A DNA stretch of 62,475 nt from Lama guanicoe (taxonomy: Eukaryota), in assembly GCA_013239625.1 (NCBI GenBank), contig MU056277.1, positions 2,583,601 through 2,646,075 on the forward strand, in the 5' to 3' direction. Below are positions 37,871-50,330 of the stretch, piece by piece. The position numbers were made by a program, and so were the translations under genes. Numbering within the stretch: the stretch's first letter is position 1; each line of letters begins with the position of its first letter. The notes under the pieces were generated by a model that saw nothing but the letters and a program-made list of their open reading frames with translations, was not told the DNA's origin and did not search any database.

Positions 37871-38589
37871 GAGAGAAAAGGCACCAGTGGTTCCAGTCCT
37901 TTTTCCTCAGGAAGGCATCGACCCCTGGCCTGGGGAGGGGACGCTGTGGCTGTGGGCAGACGTGGGCACAGCAGCAGGTGCGTCCTGCCGGCTGATCCTT
38001 GTCTATGGGGCCTGAGAGGCCAGACTGGAGCCCTGCACCCTCCGCCAGGGCCAAGACTGTTGAAGGGGGCAGAGGCGGAGAGGGCAGACCCCACAGAAGC
38101 AGGACCTCCGTCCAGGGGAAAGGGGCTGCACCCTCCTCCCACAGAGAGACCCCCGGGTCCTTGTAAGGGACGACTGCAGACCCTGGTTGTCGGGGAGTCC
38201 TTAAAAAAGGACGTGTGATGCAGAGTGTCACTGTGAGGATTGAGAGCCAGCCGGCAGGACCGTGGCTTTGCTGGGGCAGCTCCTCCGTGTCTCCCTTGGG
38301 GGCCAGATCTGACAGAAGTGGTGCTAGGCAGAGACAGCGGCGGCCGGGGGTCCTTGGAGGAGTTGGGAGGGGCCCTTGTGGACAGGAGGGTGGCGCCAGA
38401 GCTCTAGCTGCTGTGCCCACAGCCCAGCAGGGACCGCAGGAGGGGCTGTCCCGTCCCTGCGACAGCCTCGCCCTGAGGCTGCCCAGCCCAAGTCAGGGAA
38501 GGAGCAGAGGGGCTGGTGTTGTGAACCGAGCAGGTTACTGGAGACCCATAAAATGTCGGCTCCAGGGCAAGTCAGAATCTTTAAAAAAA

Positions 38590-39077
38590 TTTTTTTTGCA
38601 GTGTAGCTGATTTACAATGTTTAAGGCGTGCAGCAAAGTGATTAAGTTATATGTATATATACAGACAGACAGATGTACACACATATACTCTTCCTCAGAT
38701 CCTTTTCTGTTATGGGTTATTACAAGCTATTGAATGCAGTCCCCTGTGCTGTACTGCAGGACCTTGCTGTTCATCTGCTTTGATATGGCAGTGTGAATCT
38801 GTTAATCCTGAACCCCTGACTTAACCCCTGCCCCCTCTTCCCCTCCCTGGTAACCACATGTCCTTGAGTCTCTTTCCGTTTTGTAAGTAAATTCCTATGG
38901 GCCATTTTTTTAGATTCCACATATAAGTGACATCATATGGTATTTTTCTTTTCTTTTCTGGCTTACTTCACTTAGAATGACAATCTCTAGGCCCAACTAT
39001 GTTGCTGCACATGGCATTATTTCATCTTTTTATGGCTGAGTAGTATTCCACTGCACAAATATACCACAGCTTCTTTA
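38590..39077 (-). mobile_element. Younger 5'-truncated L1 3' end (cetartiodactyl-type)
   Basis: T-tract then gtagctgatttacaatg..cagcaaagtgatt..tagattccacatataagtgacatcatatggtattt..ttttatggctgagtagtattcca. Confidence 0.85.
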
Positions 39078-39399
39078 AGTCACCTTCCCCCCCATTTTGT
39101 CTGTGACTCACTGGTCTCCCATTGACCCTAGTTGTATGACGCTTCCTTTCTGACACCTTTAACTGTGAGTCACTGAGCAGATGGCTCGAGATACTGTGCT
39201 GTCCTTGGTCCTTCTGAAATGGTGATGGGGATATTTTGGGATGAAGTGTGGCTGCAGGAAGGTGCATCACTGCACCTTGAAAGGCCGCTGCCTGGGCAGC
39301 CTGACAACCAAGTCCCTGCGGGAAGCACTCACTCAGCGCCTGGAATGTGGTGTCACCATCTGTGATCCGCAGGGTGCCAGCACTGCACCACAGTCAGAG

Positions 39400-39785
39400 G
39401 AGCCACTCGCCAGGACTGGGTCAATCACCCTCTGGCTGCATAACTCACATGGGCAGCAGTGACCCAGCGGGTCTGGACTGTGGAGGTCATTACACAGTCA
39501 CGCATGTGGGACACCGCAGAGGATTCACATGTGTGCTTGCAGCTGCACACGTGGGACTGATGAGATGACCGAGGTCGCCAGTTACTCGAATGTCACCTCG
39601 GGGCACCCAGCGAAGGGACACACCTTTCTTTTATTTTCAGTCTTCACATGTGAACAGGCGAGCCACAGCCTTTTACATGTAAAGACTAATCACTGTTGCC
39701 CATGTGGTATTTTCTGAGCCTTTCTATGAATCTGTAATCATTTCAAAATTAAGTTTAAAAAAAAATCAAGAAAAAGGAAAAGCTA
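39400..39785 (+). mobile_element. Old L1 (L1MC/ME-like) 3' end
   Basis: tttctatgaatctgtaatcatttcaaaattaagtttaaaaaaaa tail. Confidence 0.55.
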
Positions 39786-40907
39786 TGCTCAGCAGTAAAA
39801 GTGACCTTGAATCTGGGGACTAAATGCAGGGAGAGCACGTGGGGTGCTGCTCTCCCCACGGCCCCGCGAGCCTCCGGTGTGGGAGCACCCGCACCGAGAG
39901 CAAGTCCAGTCCCAACAGGTGCTTCTGCTCCGGGAGCCGCCTTCTGAAGGCGCCGTTTCTGGGCACCTGAGCGGAGTGGGTGCCACTGACCTTCTGTGTC
40001 AGGGTCCCCCACGCTGTCAGGTGGGCACCGTCATCGGTTCTGCAGGGATTCTGGCGTCCCCCAGTTTCTGCAGCGGGTGTGGGCCCCCAGTCGGAACCGA
40101 TCAGGTGTGAGGCACCCTCACGACAGCTGATTGGCTCAGCTCCTCAGTAAGTCCTTCTGGGTGCAAGTTTGGGGATGACCCCCGTGACCGCCAGGGGCCT
40201 GTGCACCCCAGGCATTTTGTCCGTGACACAGCCTGCTTTACAGAAGACCAGCACCTGGAGCCTCCCTGAGCTCAGTGCCGGCCCAGTCCCAAGATTCCGG
40301 GCTCTGGTCCTGGACTCCAGGCTCTGGCCTGGGCTCCGGGCAGCTCTGGCTGGAAACCACACAAGCCAGGTGGCAAGAGCAGAGAAGGTGCAGGCGAACC
40401 CCTGCTGGGCATCTCCTGCACGCTGAGCGTGGAGGGGGGATCCAACCCAGGAAGGGCCCTGCGGGGGAGAAACTCCCAGCTCTGGGGAGTGCCCCCCCGG
40501 TCAAGGGAAGCTGGTGAGCCCAGGGACGCCCAGACCACGGGGGCTTCGTTACTCCCTCATTTCTTCCAGCTCCAAACCTGCTCTGCTGAGAGTGAGTGGC
40601 TCAATAACCCACGGGTGCCCCCCTCCAGCCAACCAGGCTCAGCTTTGTTGTGTATTCCCCACGTTTTCTGTTCACTTTCAGTTATGTGTTAGGCCTTCCG
40701 TATTTTACGTTTTTAAGCTGCATGACTAAGTCTGACGATAATCAGCAGGGCAGACAAAATTAACACGGCAACGCTCACTGTGTGGAGGGCATAGCTTGCC
40801 AGCCGTCATCTCGGTGGCGGCCAGAACCCATGCCCCTTTCTTCACCCACAACCAGAGTCTCTTCCACCCCGAGGCTCCCGTGCCGCACGGCTCGGCGAGG
40901 GCCTCAC

Positions 40908-41002
40908 CTGCACCTCGGAGTCCGCGTCCACGTGCTGCAGCTGGAACCAGGTGTCCCTGTTGTGGTACTTCGGCAGGTCCTCCTTCCGAATGGCCACCTT
41001 TC
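40908..41002 (-). CDS. RASA3: RASA3 exon 4 ([32 protein letters not shown])
   Basis: 95 nt, ttctag|...|gtgagg. Confidence 0.97.
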
Positions 41003-42599
41003 CTAGAACGTCAGCAGGGAAACGTGGTCACGAGAGGGAACAAGCCCCCCCCCAATAAGGGTGTGAGCAAAAGCGCTCCAGGATCACGGCCAACTGTCTC
41101 ACACGGTAAAGTCCAGAACACGTAATCGGGCAGAGTGACAAGGCCACATCCTCCTCCGTAAGATCAGCACATGCCTGTTTCATCCTGAAGGTGCCACGTC
41201 TGCCCCAGCAGAGCACGGCGCCTGGCTCGGCGACACCCGGGCAGCAGAGCCGAGCGGGGCGGCGGCAGCTGGAGGCTCTGCTGGGGACTCCGTGGAAATG
41301 TGCGTGCTTGTGCGAGCTACAGCGCAGCACTCACTGTCCACTCGGCGTCTCGGCATCTTTGCCTTGGCTCTTCTGCTCACCTCCCACACCAGCACGCAGC
41401 CAGGGGAAGGCCAGGGCCTGTTAGCTGAAGGCCAGCCCTCCCGTCCACTTGCAGAGGGGACGCAGCACACCTGGCACTTCAAGTCAACACCAGCACTCAG
41501 CTCTAGCCACACAGGGCCGCCCAGGGCAGAATCCTGCCCAGCCACGGACCTCACAGGGGTTGAGGCCACGGCACAAGGAGTCAGCGGGCGGGAGCGATGG
41601 AAGGGGGAGGCAGCGGGCAGAAAATACAGCAGGCACGGGCTGTGGAGAGGGCGCACCACGGAAATTCAGAGACGTCTGCGACAGGTCTACGGGGCCCCGC
41701 CAATCAGCGCTCAGTTTTGAGGACAGGACGGCTCCCTGGGACCCACCGCAGGCTCCCCCACCACCTCCAACCCGCCTCCTCCTCGCCTCGGGGGTGTCCT
41801 GCCAGGCCCTGATGTGGGCCCCGCCACCTCAGACCACCCCCAGTGCACCCTGTCACGAGGTCGAGCCCCCCCGAGAAGACGTGTCCCTCTCCACTTGGCT
41901 CCTGCAAACCCCACCCTTTTTCCCAATGGGATATGATTTTGAATCTTGCAGAAACAAAGCCACAAGAATCAGAAGTTTCCTGGAACTGAACTGGGTAATA
42001 TGTTTCAGTGAAAAAGGATAAGGAAACCCTCAGACTCCATGGACTTCCGCTAGACGGGAGGATTCCACTTGAAGTCTGAAATTTTAAGTAACTGCGATGA
42101 TTTTATGAGCTTTAACGGGACAGGAAGCAGCCGTGTAGTTAATACTCAAACGACTCCAACAACCTGTACATCGTTCCCACCCCTTATTTCTGGAAGTACT
42201 TAATTTAACTTAGGTAGGTAGCACAGGAACACAGCACAAAGTCTGAGACATTCAAAAGGATGTAAGACGCAGCCAGGAATAAGTCTCTCTCTGCCACACG
42301 GTTCCCCGGGGGGTCACCTGTCAGCAGCTTCCAGTCCCTCCTTGTAGGGACTCGTCACGTCCAAGAGTGCACGAGGGTGTATCAGTGTCTCTGCCGCGTT
42401 CTGGGCAGTGCCTGATCTGCGTCCGCTTGAGTGTCTCTGATGTGTCGTAACCTTCAGACTTGTCCTGATGGACTGAGTGACACCAGACGGCCTCACTTTC
42501 CCACGTGGACAGAGTGGTGCTGCCGGCCTTCCCACCAGTAAAACCTCGCGTGTTCCTTCCCCTGACGGTGCCGCACCGGTCAGGTGGCTCACGGGGTGT

Positions 42600-44980
42600 G
42601 TGACGTGGGGAGCCAGGCACAGCAGTGTCAGAGGACGTGGGGACGGCCGGTACCCGGGGTGAAACCTGCAGGATGGTGACCAAGGCCAGACTTAAGGAGG
42701 CACCGCAGGCCACTCTCGAGACAGCGCCGGCTACAGAGACGCTGTTCCCATCGCTCCTGTGCAACCTGGTGTCCTGGCAGGTGCGGGAGAAGCCAGGGCC
42801 CGCAGACGGAGAAGCAGGGACAAAAGTCTCTGTTCACAGAATCGACAAGACATACGCAGGAAAGCTAGCAGACCAGGTGTGCTTAGCGAGACCACAGAAT
42901 ACAAAGTTAATACATAAAAACCGACTGTGTTTGTACTTATGAGTGATGACAGTGAAAACTGAAATTGGAAAGATACCAACAGCACATTCACAAAATGATG
43001 CTTCTATGGCTTGAGCTTTTGGTGCATGACCTGAGAAATCTTTGTCTACTCCACCAAAAACATAAAATATATGGATAAATTTAAAATATATACATACATA
43101 TATACGTATGTGCAAGATGTGTATGCTGAAAACATCACGAAACACTGATGAGAGAAATTAAAGACCCAAGTTTGTGGAGAGACACCCCATGAAGGTCTGA
43201 AGACTCAGTTTTGTTAAGACGTTAACTCTCCCCAAATTAATCTGTAGACCAATGCAACCTTGGTTATTTTGGAAATTGAGAAGCTGATTGAAAATGTAAA
43301 TGATAATTCAAAGGACCTAGAATAGCAAAACAAGTCTGGGAGAGAACAAAGTTGCAGAGCTCACACTGCTGGTTTGAGACTTGCCATGAAGATACGGGAA
43401 TCCAGACAGTGGAAGGAACACAGCTGTGTCAGTGCAACAGCACAGAGGAGCCAGAGGAGACCCCCGCCCCCACCACACACACAAAGTCACTTGGTTTTCA
43501 AAAGGCACTGAGGGAACTCAGCTGCACGTCTATGAGGGAAAGTATGAATCCTGACTTCCACCTGTCACTCGAAATAAACTTAAATGTGAGAGCTAGAACT
43601 AAAATCCTTCTAGAAGAAAAAACAAGAAAATCTTCAAAACCCGGGGGCAGGCAAAGATTTCTTAGGCATGACACCAAAAATACAGACCATAAAAGAAAGA
43701 AATTCGATAACCTGGACTTCATCAAAATTAAGAGCTTCTCTCTTCAAAAGACACTGGTAAGAAAATGAGAAAACAAGCCACAAACTAGAAGAAGATACCT
43801 GCGAAACACGCCTGGTAAAGGGCTGCGTCCGGCACGTGCTGGAAAGAGCTGTGACCTCAGTGAGGGCAGAGCCCAGCTGGAAGGGCGAGAGGTGTGACCC
43901 ACTCCCCACAGATGAGAGAGAGGCGGTAGGCCAGCGCACGAGAGGGCGCCCGGCACCATGCTTCGTCACAAACGATGCTGTGCACGTTAGAACGGCAAGA
44001 GAATTAAAAACAGAAGCTGGCGACACCAAGCGCCAGAGAGAATCCAGAAGGGTGCAGCCAGAAAGGCAGTCCGGCGGTTTCCTGCAGAGGCAAACACACG
44101 CCCCCGGGAAGGAAAAGCTGTTCGCTTCTGCCCTTCTAGGTTCTCCGGGAACAAGGAAGATTGACAGGAGAAAAGCAGACGGAAGTTTATCCACGTGTGA
44201 ATCTCAGATGTGCCTGTGGGAACTCGGTGATGAGCAACTCAAAGAGGTGGCTGCACCTTGCAGCAACTTAACCTGAAACCACCACCACCAATTTTCAGAG
44301 ACATAACGAGAAACAGGAAAAGGACTGGAGTTTCCAGGAAGGTGACTGCAGGTGGGAACCGATGCTCCAGAGAGCGGGTCAGCAAGGTCTGGGTGCGGGT
44401 TCCTTGGCGGCCCCTCGGGGCTGACAGGGTCTAGGGCGGCCTCGTCAGCTTCTGCCCGGGTTTGTGCTCCGCTGACCTTAGGACGGAGGGGTTCCCCTGC
44501 GTCTGCTCCTTCTCAAATGCCTTGGTGCAAACAAGCCCTGAGGCAAAGCGGTCAATTCAGGGGCGGCAGGGGTGCCCCGCGGCCCGACTCCTGCGTATTT
44601 TCTAAGAGAAATGGAAACACAAAGACCTGGGCAAGAATGTTAACCGTGGACACAACCCTAGCACTCATCAGGTGATGACTGGATGGACGTGGCAGGTCCA
44701 CGCGACGGACACGCAGAGAGGACGGTGTTGGGCCAAGCAGCTGGTGCCACGGCCACATTCCGCGGTTTCATTCATGTGGACAAGAAATAGATACGAGGTC
44801 GCGGTTGCCATGGGCAGGCATGTGAGGAGGACGCCAACTCCCGGGGCCGCGGGAGTTTCTGGGGAGGGAAAGTCTCCCTAATCGTGGTGCTGTTACAGCC
44901 CGGTGCACACTGGGGGACACCACAGACTCTACCCCTGACATGAGTGAATTCGCCACCTGTAAACGATACCTCAATAAACC
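42600..44980 (+). mobile_element. Fragmented old L1 (ORF2 3' half plus 3' UTR)
   Basis: Colinear L1 hallmarks: ctcccaaattaatctgtaga, ggacctagaatagcaaaaacaa, ctggacttcatcaaaattaag, aaatggaaacac, acctcaataaa. Confidence 0.85.
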
Positions 44981-46319
44981 TTGCTTAGGAACGTAGGAAT
45001 AAAGGTCTCACTCCCCTCCCCTCTGAAGAGAGAAACTGCAGAAGCCCCTCCAGCTCCGGGGCTGGAGGGACAGAGGGGCTGGTGGTACGAGCCAGGCCCC
45101 TGGGAGAGGAGGCTGGCAGAGCGGGGGAGGGACGAGGGCCCCGGCTTCTCCCCCTACTTGAGTCCCACCAGCCCTCACCCCCTCGAAGCCGGTACAGCCT
45201 CACCTCCATGCCTGCGTCTCCAGCACCCTCACTGGGACCCCCGCCCCGAGCCCACGGCCAGGCGCACGTGCGGCCGCACCAGGGAACCTGAAGTGGGGCA
45301 GGCGGTGCCGGGGGCCCCACGGCAGACACTGCTTGTTTCCATGACACAAATTTATACCCTAGAACTTGGTTTCTCATCCCAGTAACAACATGATTACTAG
45401 TCGTAACTTTAAATTACCCCTGGAGGCCCCGACAGCCTCTTCTGCAGCTGTGAGAGTGACAGTGAAAGCACCTGGATCCGGCTGCGTGGGACACACCCTC
45501 AATTTGAAGCCACCAGGAATTGCTAAACCATGATTTTGCTGGTTATCTTTAAAAATAGCAGTGCCTTCAACAGAACGATTAATAACCAACTTGATTGTTT
45601 TGAGGGGACATAACTGCAGAACCAATTTGAGCAAGCTCTCTGATTAAAATTAAGATACTTCAAAATTTCTTTTCCTCAGGATTGCCACTCAGAAAAAGCT
45701 CACACAGGCTCCAAGGGTTAATCAAACTCTTCTTCATTCTGGTAAAATCTGAGCCAGCTTCATCCAGCAGAATGTCAACCCCAGCCAAGTGCTCGGCCCC
45801 TTCCCTTTCCTCTTGGGACAAACCTCAGCACCCGCTGGACAGCAGGAGGTGAGTCCGGGCAGGAAATAAGCCACCACGACCCAGGAAGGACCACGGTCCT
45901 AAAAGGGGAGCCTGGTGACAGAGCCTGGGGTCAGGGCGGGTGGAGGGGGGCCCCTGGAGGGAGCAGGTGAGGGGGACGCGTCTGTCACCCTGCCAGCCCT
46001 GTCCCTGCCACAGACACGGCGGACCTGGTGCCGCTGCCCCCTGCCCTGCGGTCAGACAGGGCCACTCAGGCTCAGGAGAGCTTTCGCTCCACACGGCCGG
46101 TGCCCAGAGTCTCGGGAAAGCACAAATCTGAACGCTTGATTAAACACGAAATATTTAGACAAACCCTGGGAAGCTGCCTTCCACACGCTGGTGGGATGAA
46201 CCCAGCAGGAGCGAGTTCTGAGGCGATGGCAGGGGAGGCCACCACAGGGGCCTCACGGAACGACCAGGTCAGTGTGGACATAACCCTCTGCTCCCTCGTC
46301 TCTGTGTACGACAGGTGCT

Positions 46320-46420
46320 GGGTCACTGGCTGTGCACCTTCAGGCAAGTGTCTAGTCCTCTCTGAGCCTCAGCAAGTGAGGGTGAGACCTCCCTCCTCGG
46401 GTGACTGAAAGGCTCATGCA
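46320..46420 (+). mobile_element. MIR core fragment
   Basis: ctggctgtgcaccttcaggcaagtgtctagtcctctctgagcctcag. Confidence 0.55.
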
Positions 46421-47855
46421 GCACGGGGCCTGGCTACAGCAGGACTCAGCACGTGCTGCCTCCTTTCGACTGTAAGAGCCACCTGAGGAACTGGGTGGAA
46501 TTCCAGGTTCAGCCCTGGCAACCTGGGTCCACTGCACGGATGGGGCCTGGGAACTTGGACTTTGTACACTGCTCGGCTGCAGAGAACACGTGGCTACATC
46601 TGAGCTCATCCCTACAGGACTAGTGAGACTCAGAAGACTGAGATGCAGTAAAAAGGCTACCAGTGTCACGAGGGTGCGACAGGCAGATGGTGCAGGTCAA
46701 GAACGTGCAGGTGCAGGTGTTGGCTCTACGTGTGTTTATGGTGAGAGAGGTATAGTGGTAGAGTGGACGTGGGAAAGTTAAGCCCAGAGAACGATCTGGG
46801 TCAGATTATCAAAGGTCTTAAATGCACACTAGGGAGTATGGACTTCCTTCTCCAGGACACACCATGCAGTGTGGCCTCAAATTTGGCCATTTCTCTCTGT
46901 TTTTGTGTAAATCAGGCTCTAACTCCAGAAAAGGGTTTCTTTAGATGGGAAACTATCTATAAAACACACTGAACTTCTAAAATGGGATAAATATAATGTA
47001 CAGAGGCATCTTCAAAAGTTGTCCATTCTCTGGACAAACATTCAGTGACTGCTGACCGGCTGCTGCCAGGTGTGGCAGAGAAATGATGGTCATTTCTGGG
47101 CCCTGACCCTCTTTGGAGCTTTCTCTTCGTGCCGTGGGAGCCAGTGGTCAGCTTTAAACTGGGAGGAGATGCTGACAGTCAGGCAGAGAACACACAGCTC
47201 TGGTACGGGAGAGGGGAGTGGCTGGAGGGGCGAGGGCCAAGCCGGAAGAGCTGGCTGCCACGGGGATAGGAAGAAGGGTGGCTCCCATCGCGGACCTGGT
47301 GGGTCAGCAGGAGGGGAGGTGGGGCAGGTGCGGGTTTAGCGGGCAGTGATGAATCTTCAGTGGCCACCATGAGACCAGCATGCCAGACACAACCCTGGGG
47401 CCTGCGGGGCCTGAGAGCTTAGGAAAAACCACTCACGGTGCGAGGTAGGGCTGGGGACAGACAGAGCTGCAGGGAGTGGCCACCTGTCTTGAGTGCTGCT
47501 GGCCTGGATGCAAACACGCCTGACCAGCCACGTGTGGGTGGCGAGGAGCTGGTGGGACGCCCCAGGAGTGGGGGACATGGTGACGCAGAGTCTGCAGGGT
47601 CAGATGCACGTAGACTCCACTGCTCTGCCCAGGAGGTAAGCACCCAAACGCCTCCAGCCAGGAGTGGCCAGGCCACCAACAGTTAGCTCGGGTCCCACGG
47701 CCACAGCTAGGCCCACGTGGGGCTGCTCTGCTCTAATTCCGGTGCCTCGGGGGACAGACAGGGTTTTCCTGGGACAGAGCTGCACTTGCCAGACTGGTGG
47801 CTCTTGGCTCCTCCACATTCAAGGTGGGCTCACCCTCTCCAGGACGCTAGTGCCC

Positions 47856-47934
47856 CTGAGAGCACCCCAACATGTCCGAGAGCACACCAATACATCTGAG
47901 TGTACCCCAACAGGTCTGAGAGCACCCCAATACC
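47856..47934. repeat. 20-bp x4 tandem repeat (CTGAGAGCACCCCAAYAYRT)
   Basis: Units start at 47856, 47876, 47896 and 47916. Confidence 0.85.
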
Positions 47935-48290
47935 ACCCAACCCTCCATGGAGAGGTGCTGAGGGTCAGGAACCGGCAAGGCCTGGGGACAGGGGGAGGGT
48001 CACCTGGCACACTGGCCCCTTCAAGAAGCCCTTGGAAGTCGTTTGGGGGCGCCCACCTTTGCCTCGAAGGATAGCCTCAAAACTTCTGCTGGCATGTCCC
48101 AGTGTCCCCACTTATGGGCTGTCACCCTGCATAGGCTGGCAGGCGGGGTCCGGAACAGCCAGCAAGGGCAGGTGGAAAATGCAGGCATGACTAGCTCAGA
48201 ACGGGGTGTCCAAAAGAGGCGCCCCAATCCTGCCAGGACAAGACTGTTCAGAGGAGGCGGGGAGAACAAGGAAAGCCCGTCGGCACCTAC

Positions 48291-48394
48291 CTATGATGGA
48301 GTCCCTCCGGAACACGTCTCTGTCGAAAACGTAGAAGGACAGGTGGCGGAAGCTCCTCGGGATCTCGCAGTAGAAGTCTTCTCCATAGAAGGGG
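48291..48394 (-). CDS. RASA3: RASA3 exon 3 ([34 protein letters not shown])
   Basis: 104 nt, gtccag|...|gtagg; phase continuous with exons 2 and 4. Confidence 0.97.
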
Positions 48395-49139
48395 CTGGAC
48401 AGAGACAGCAGGGCGGTTAGCCGCGGCCAGGCTGCGTCGCCGCCTGGGGCCCACCCGGCACTGCACCCGGGTTCCCATGGGAGGCGGGAACTGCAGCTCC
48501 TCAGCTGGGTGAAAATGAACCAGTGCCAACAGGTGCGGACACCCTCCCCACGGCGGCCCCAGCGTTGCCCCTTCCCCTGAGACGAGTGAGCAGTGGGCTC
48601 AGCGCATGCAGCCCCCGGGAAGGCCCGCTGTCCATGTTAGAAGCACAGCTCCAAGACCCTGCGTCAGACAGCACCTCCTTTTCTAGAACTCATGGTGACA
48701 ACCGCATACCTCTTGCCTCCCTAGCAGGGCCTGCATGCAGAGCTGGAGCGAGGAGCCCCGGGTCGCGGGATCGTGGGGTCACGGAGTCACGGACTCACGG
48801 GGTGAGAAGCGGGGGAGGACTGCGCATCAGTGGGGAGGGGAGAAGGGCCGTGGGCGGTCGGATGAGACCAGTCCAGAAGGGCCCACGGCTGGTGCTGTCC
48901 ACATGGGACCCACGGCCGAGTCAGGGAGCAGGAGGAGGGGCTGACCGGGCCGAGATTGGTGAGAACCCAGAAACCAGCCCTTCCAGCGTGAAAGGCCCCA
49001 GGAAGGAGGTCATGCCTGAGAGAGCACCGAGGGCGGGCTTGCAGGCCGCGTGGTCCTGGTAGACAGAGACTGCCTCCCGCCACGCACAGGAGCCGACTCA
49101 GAGCACCGCACACCTGAGCGCGAGGCCAATCCGAGACAC

Positions 49140-49310
49140 GTGGACGAAAACATAGGAATAATTCTTTGTGACCGGACTTAGGTAACAATTTCTCAGATAC
49201 AGCAAAAGCACAACAGCTAAAAGAAAAAACCTGGTAAGCCAGACTTCATCAAGATTAAAAATACTAAACATTTTTGCGTTTTAAAAGACACGAGGAAGTT
49301 AAAAGGCTGC
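49140..49310 (+). mobile_element. L1 ORF2 fragment
   Basis: gaaaacataggaa..ttctcagatac..agacttcatcaagattaaaa..ttaaaagacac. Confidence 0.65.
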
Positions 49311-49799
49311 TCCTCAGCCCGCGAGTCCACCTGGATGGAGCAGGGGCACAGCCTGGGCCTGAGCCGAGCCTGTAACCAGAGGCCAGGAGACCCCTTGCTG
49401 GGGTTAACCTCCAGAGCCAGTCACAGGCCATGTCACCCGGGAATGGGGCTGCCCTCAGGCGGGGGGCACAGAGCCTGCGGGTGCAGGTTTGCCAGGAAGC
49501 TGTGACGGTCAGAGCCACCCATGACAGCAGAAGATAGGGACGCCACAGGGCTGGACCGCCGGGGCTGGAGAGGGGAGGTGCAGCAGTGGGAACAGGGCTA
49601 GCACAGAGGCCCCGGGCGGAAGGAACAGGCAGACCAGGCGGCGAGGGTGCGGAGGGCGGCCCTGGGGGCTGGGGACCTGGAGTCTGGGTTCCGGGTTCAT
49701 TTTAATGAGAAGCACCAGATGGTTTGAAGGAGTTAGATTTAAACTCCTAAATGTGTAGTTCATCCAACCTCTGTTTACCAGGGGCTGTGGTCCTGCTGG

Positions 49800-50330
49800 G
49801 GCACAGCCCCTGCCCGCCCTGCGGCCGTGGTCAGCAGCCAAGTGAAACCTTGGTGTTTGAGATGCAGTGGGTGCCACAGAGCCGGGTCATGTCCTGATGG
49901 GTGAACATTGAGCACGTGAACAGGGAAGGACCACGGGGAGACAGGGAAGAGGTTCCAGGTAGCCGAAACTGTGTGTGCAAAGGCCCTGGGGCTGCAGGAC
50001 TCAAGGGTGAGGAGGCTGGTGTGGCCAGGACGAGAGAGGGGGGCCGGAAGCTGGGAGCTAAGGCCAGACCAGGCAGGGGGGTGAGCAGGGGGTCTGGCTC
50101 ACAAAATACGGAAGGTGGGGCTGACGGACAGACTGCTGCGAGTGCCTGCTCCCTCGGGTCATGGAGGGTCAGGGGAGAGGGCAGGAGTGGTGGGCCAGTA
50201 AGGCAGCTGTCAGCAGGGAGGATGTGACCGTGGACAGTGCCCAGGGGACAGGACAGGACGGTCCCGCACCCGGACGGCGCTCCCCGCAGACCACAGCGGC
50301 TGTCCAGGCCAGGAGGGAGGGCGTGGCCAC
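49800..50330 (-). mobile_element. Degraded L2 fragment
   Basis: gttccaggtagccgaaactgtgtgtgcaaaggccctgggg..gaggctggtgtggcc is typical of antisense L2. Confidence 0.5.

Noticed and set aside
38575-39080. tctttaa on both sides of the L1 as a target-site duplication
   Set aside because: The right-hand copy is largely explained by L1 sequence itself, and the match is too short and AT-rich to call.
43352-43768. ORF with L1 ORF2-like residues as a possible active or domesticated gene
   Set aside because: It is a short piece of a heavily decayed, interrupted L1 with no intact RT or endonuclease.
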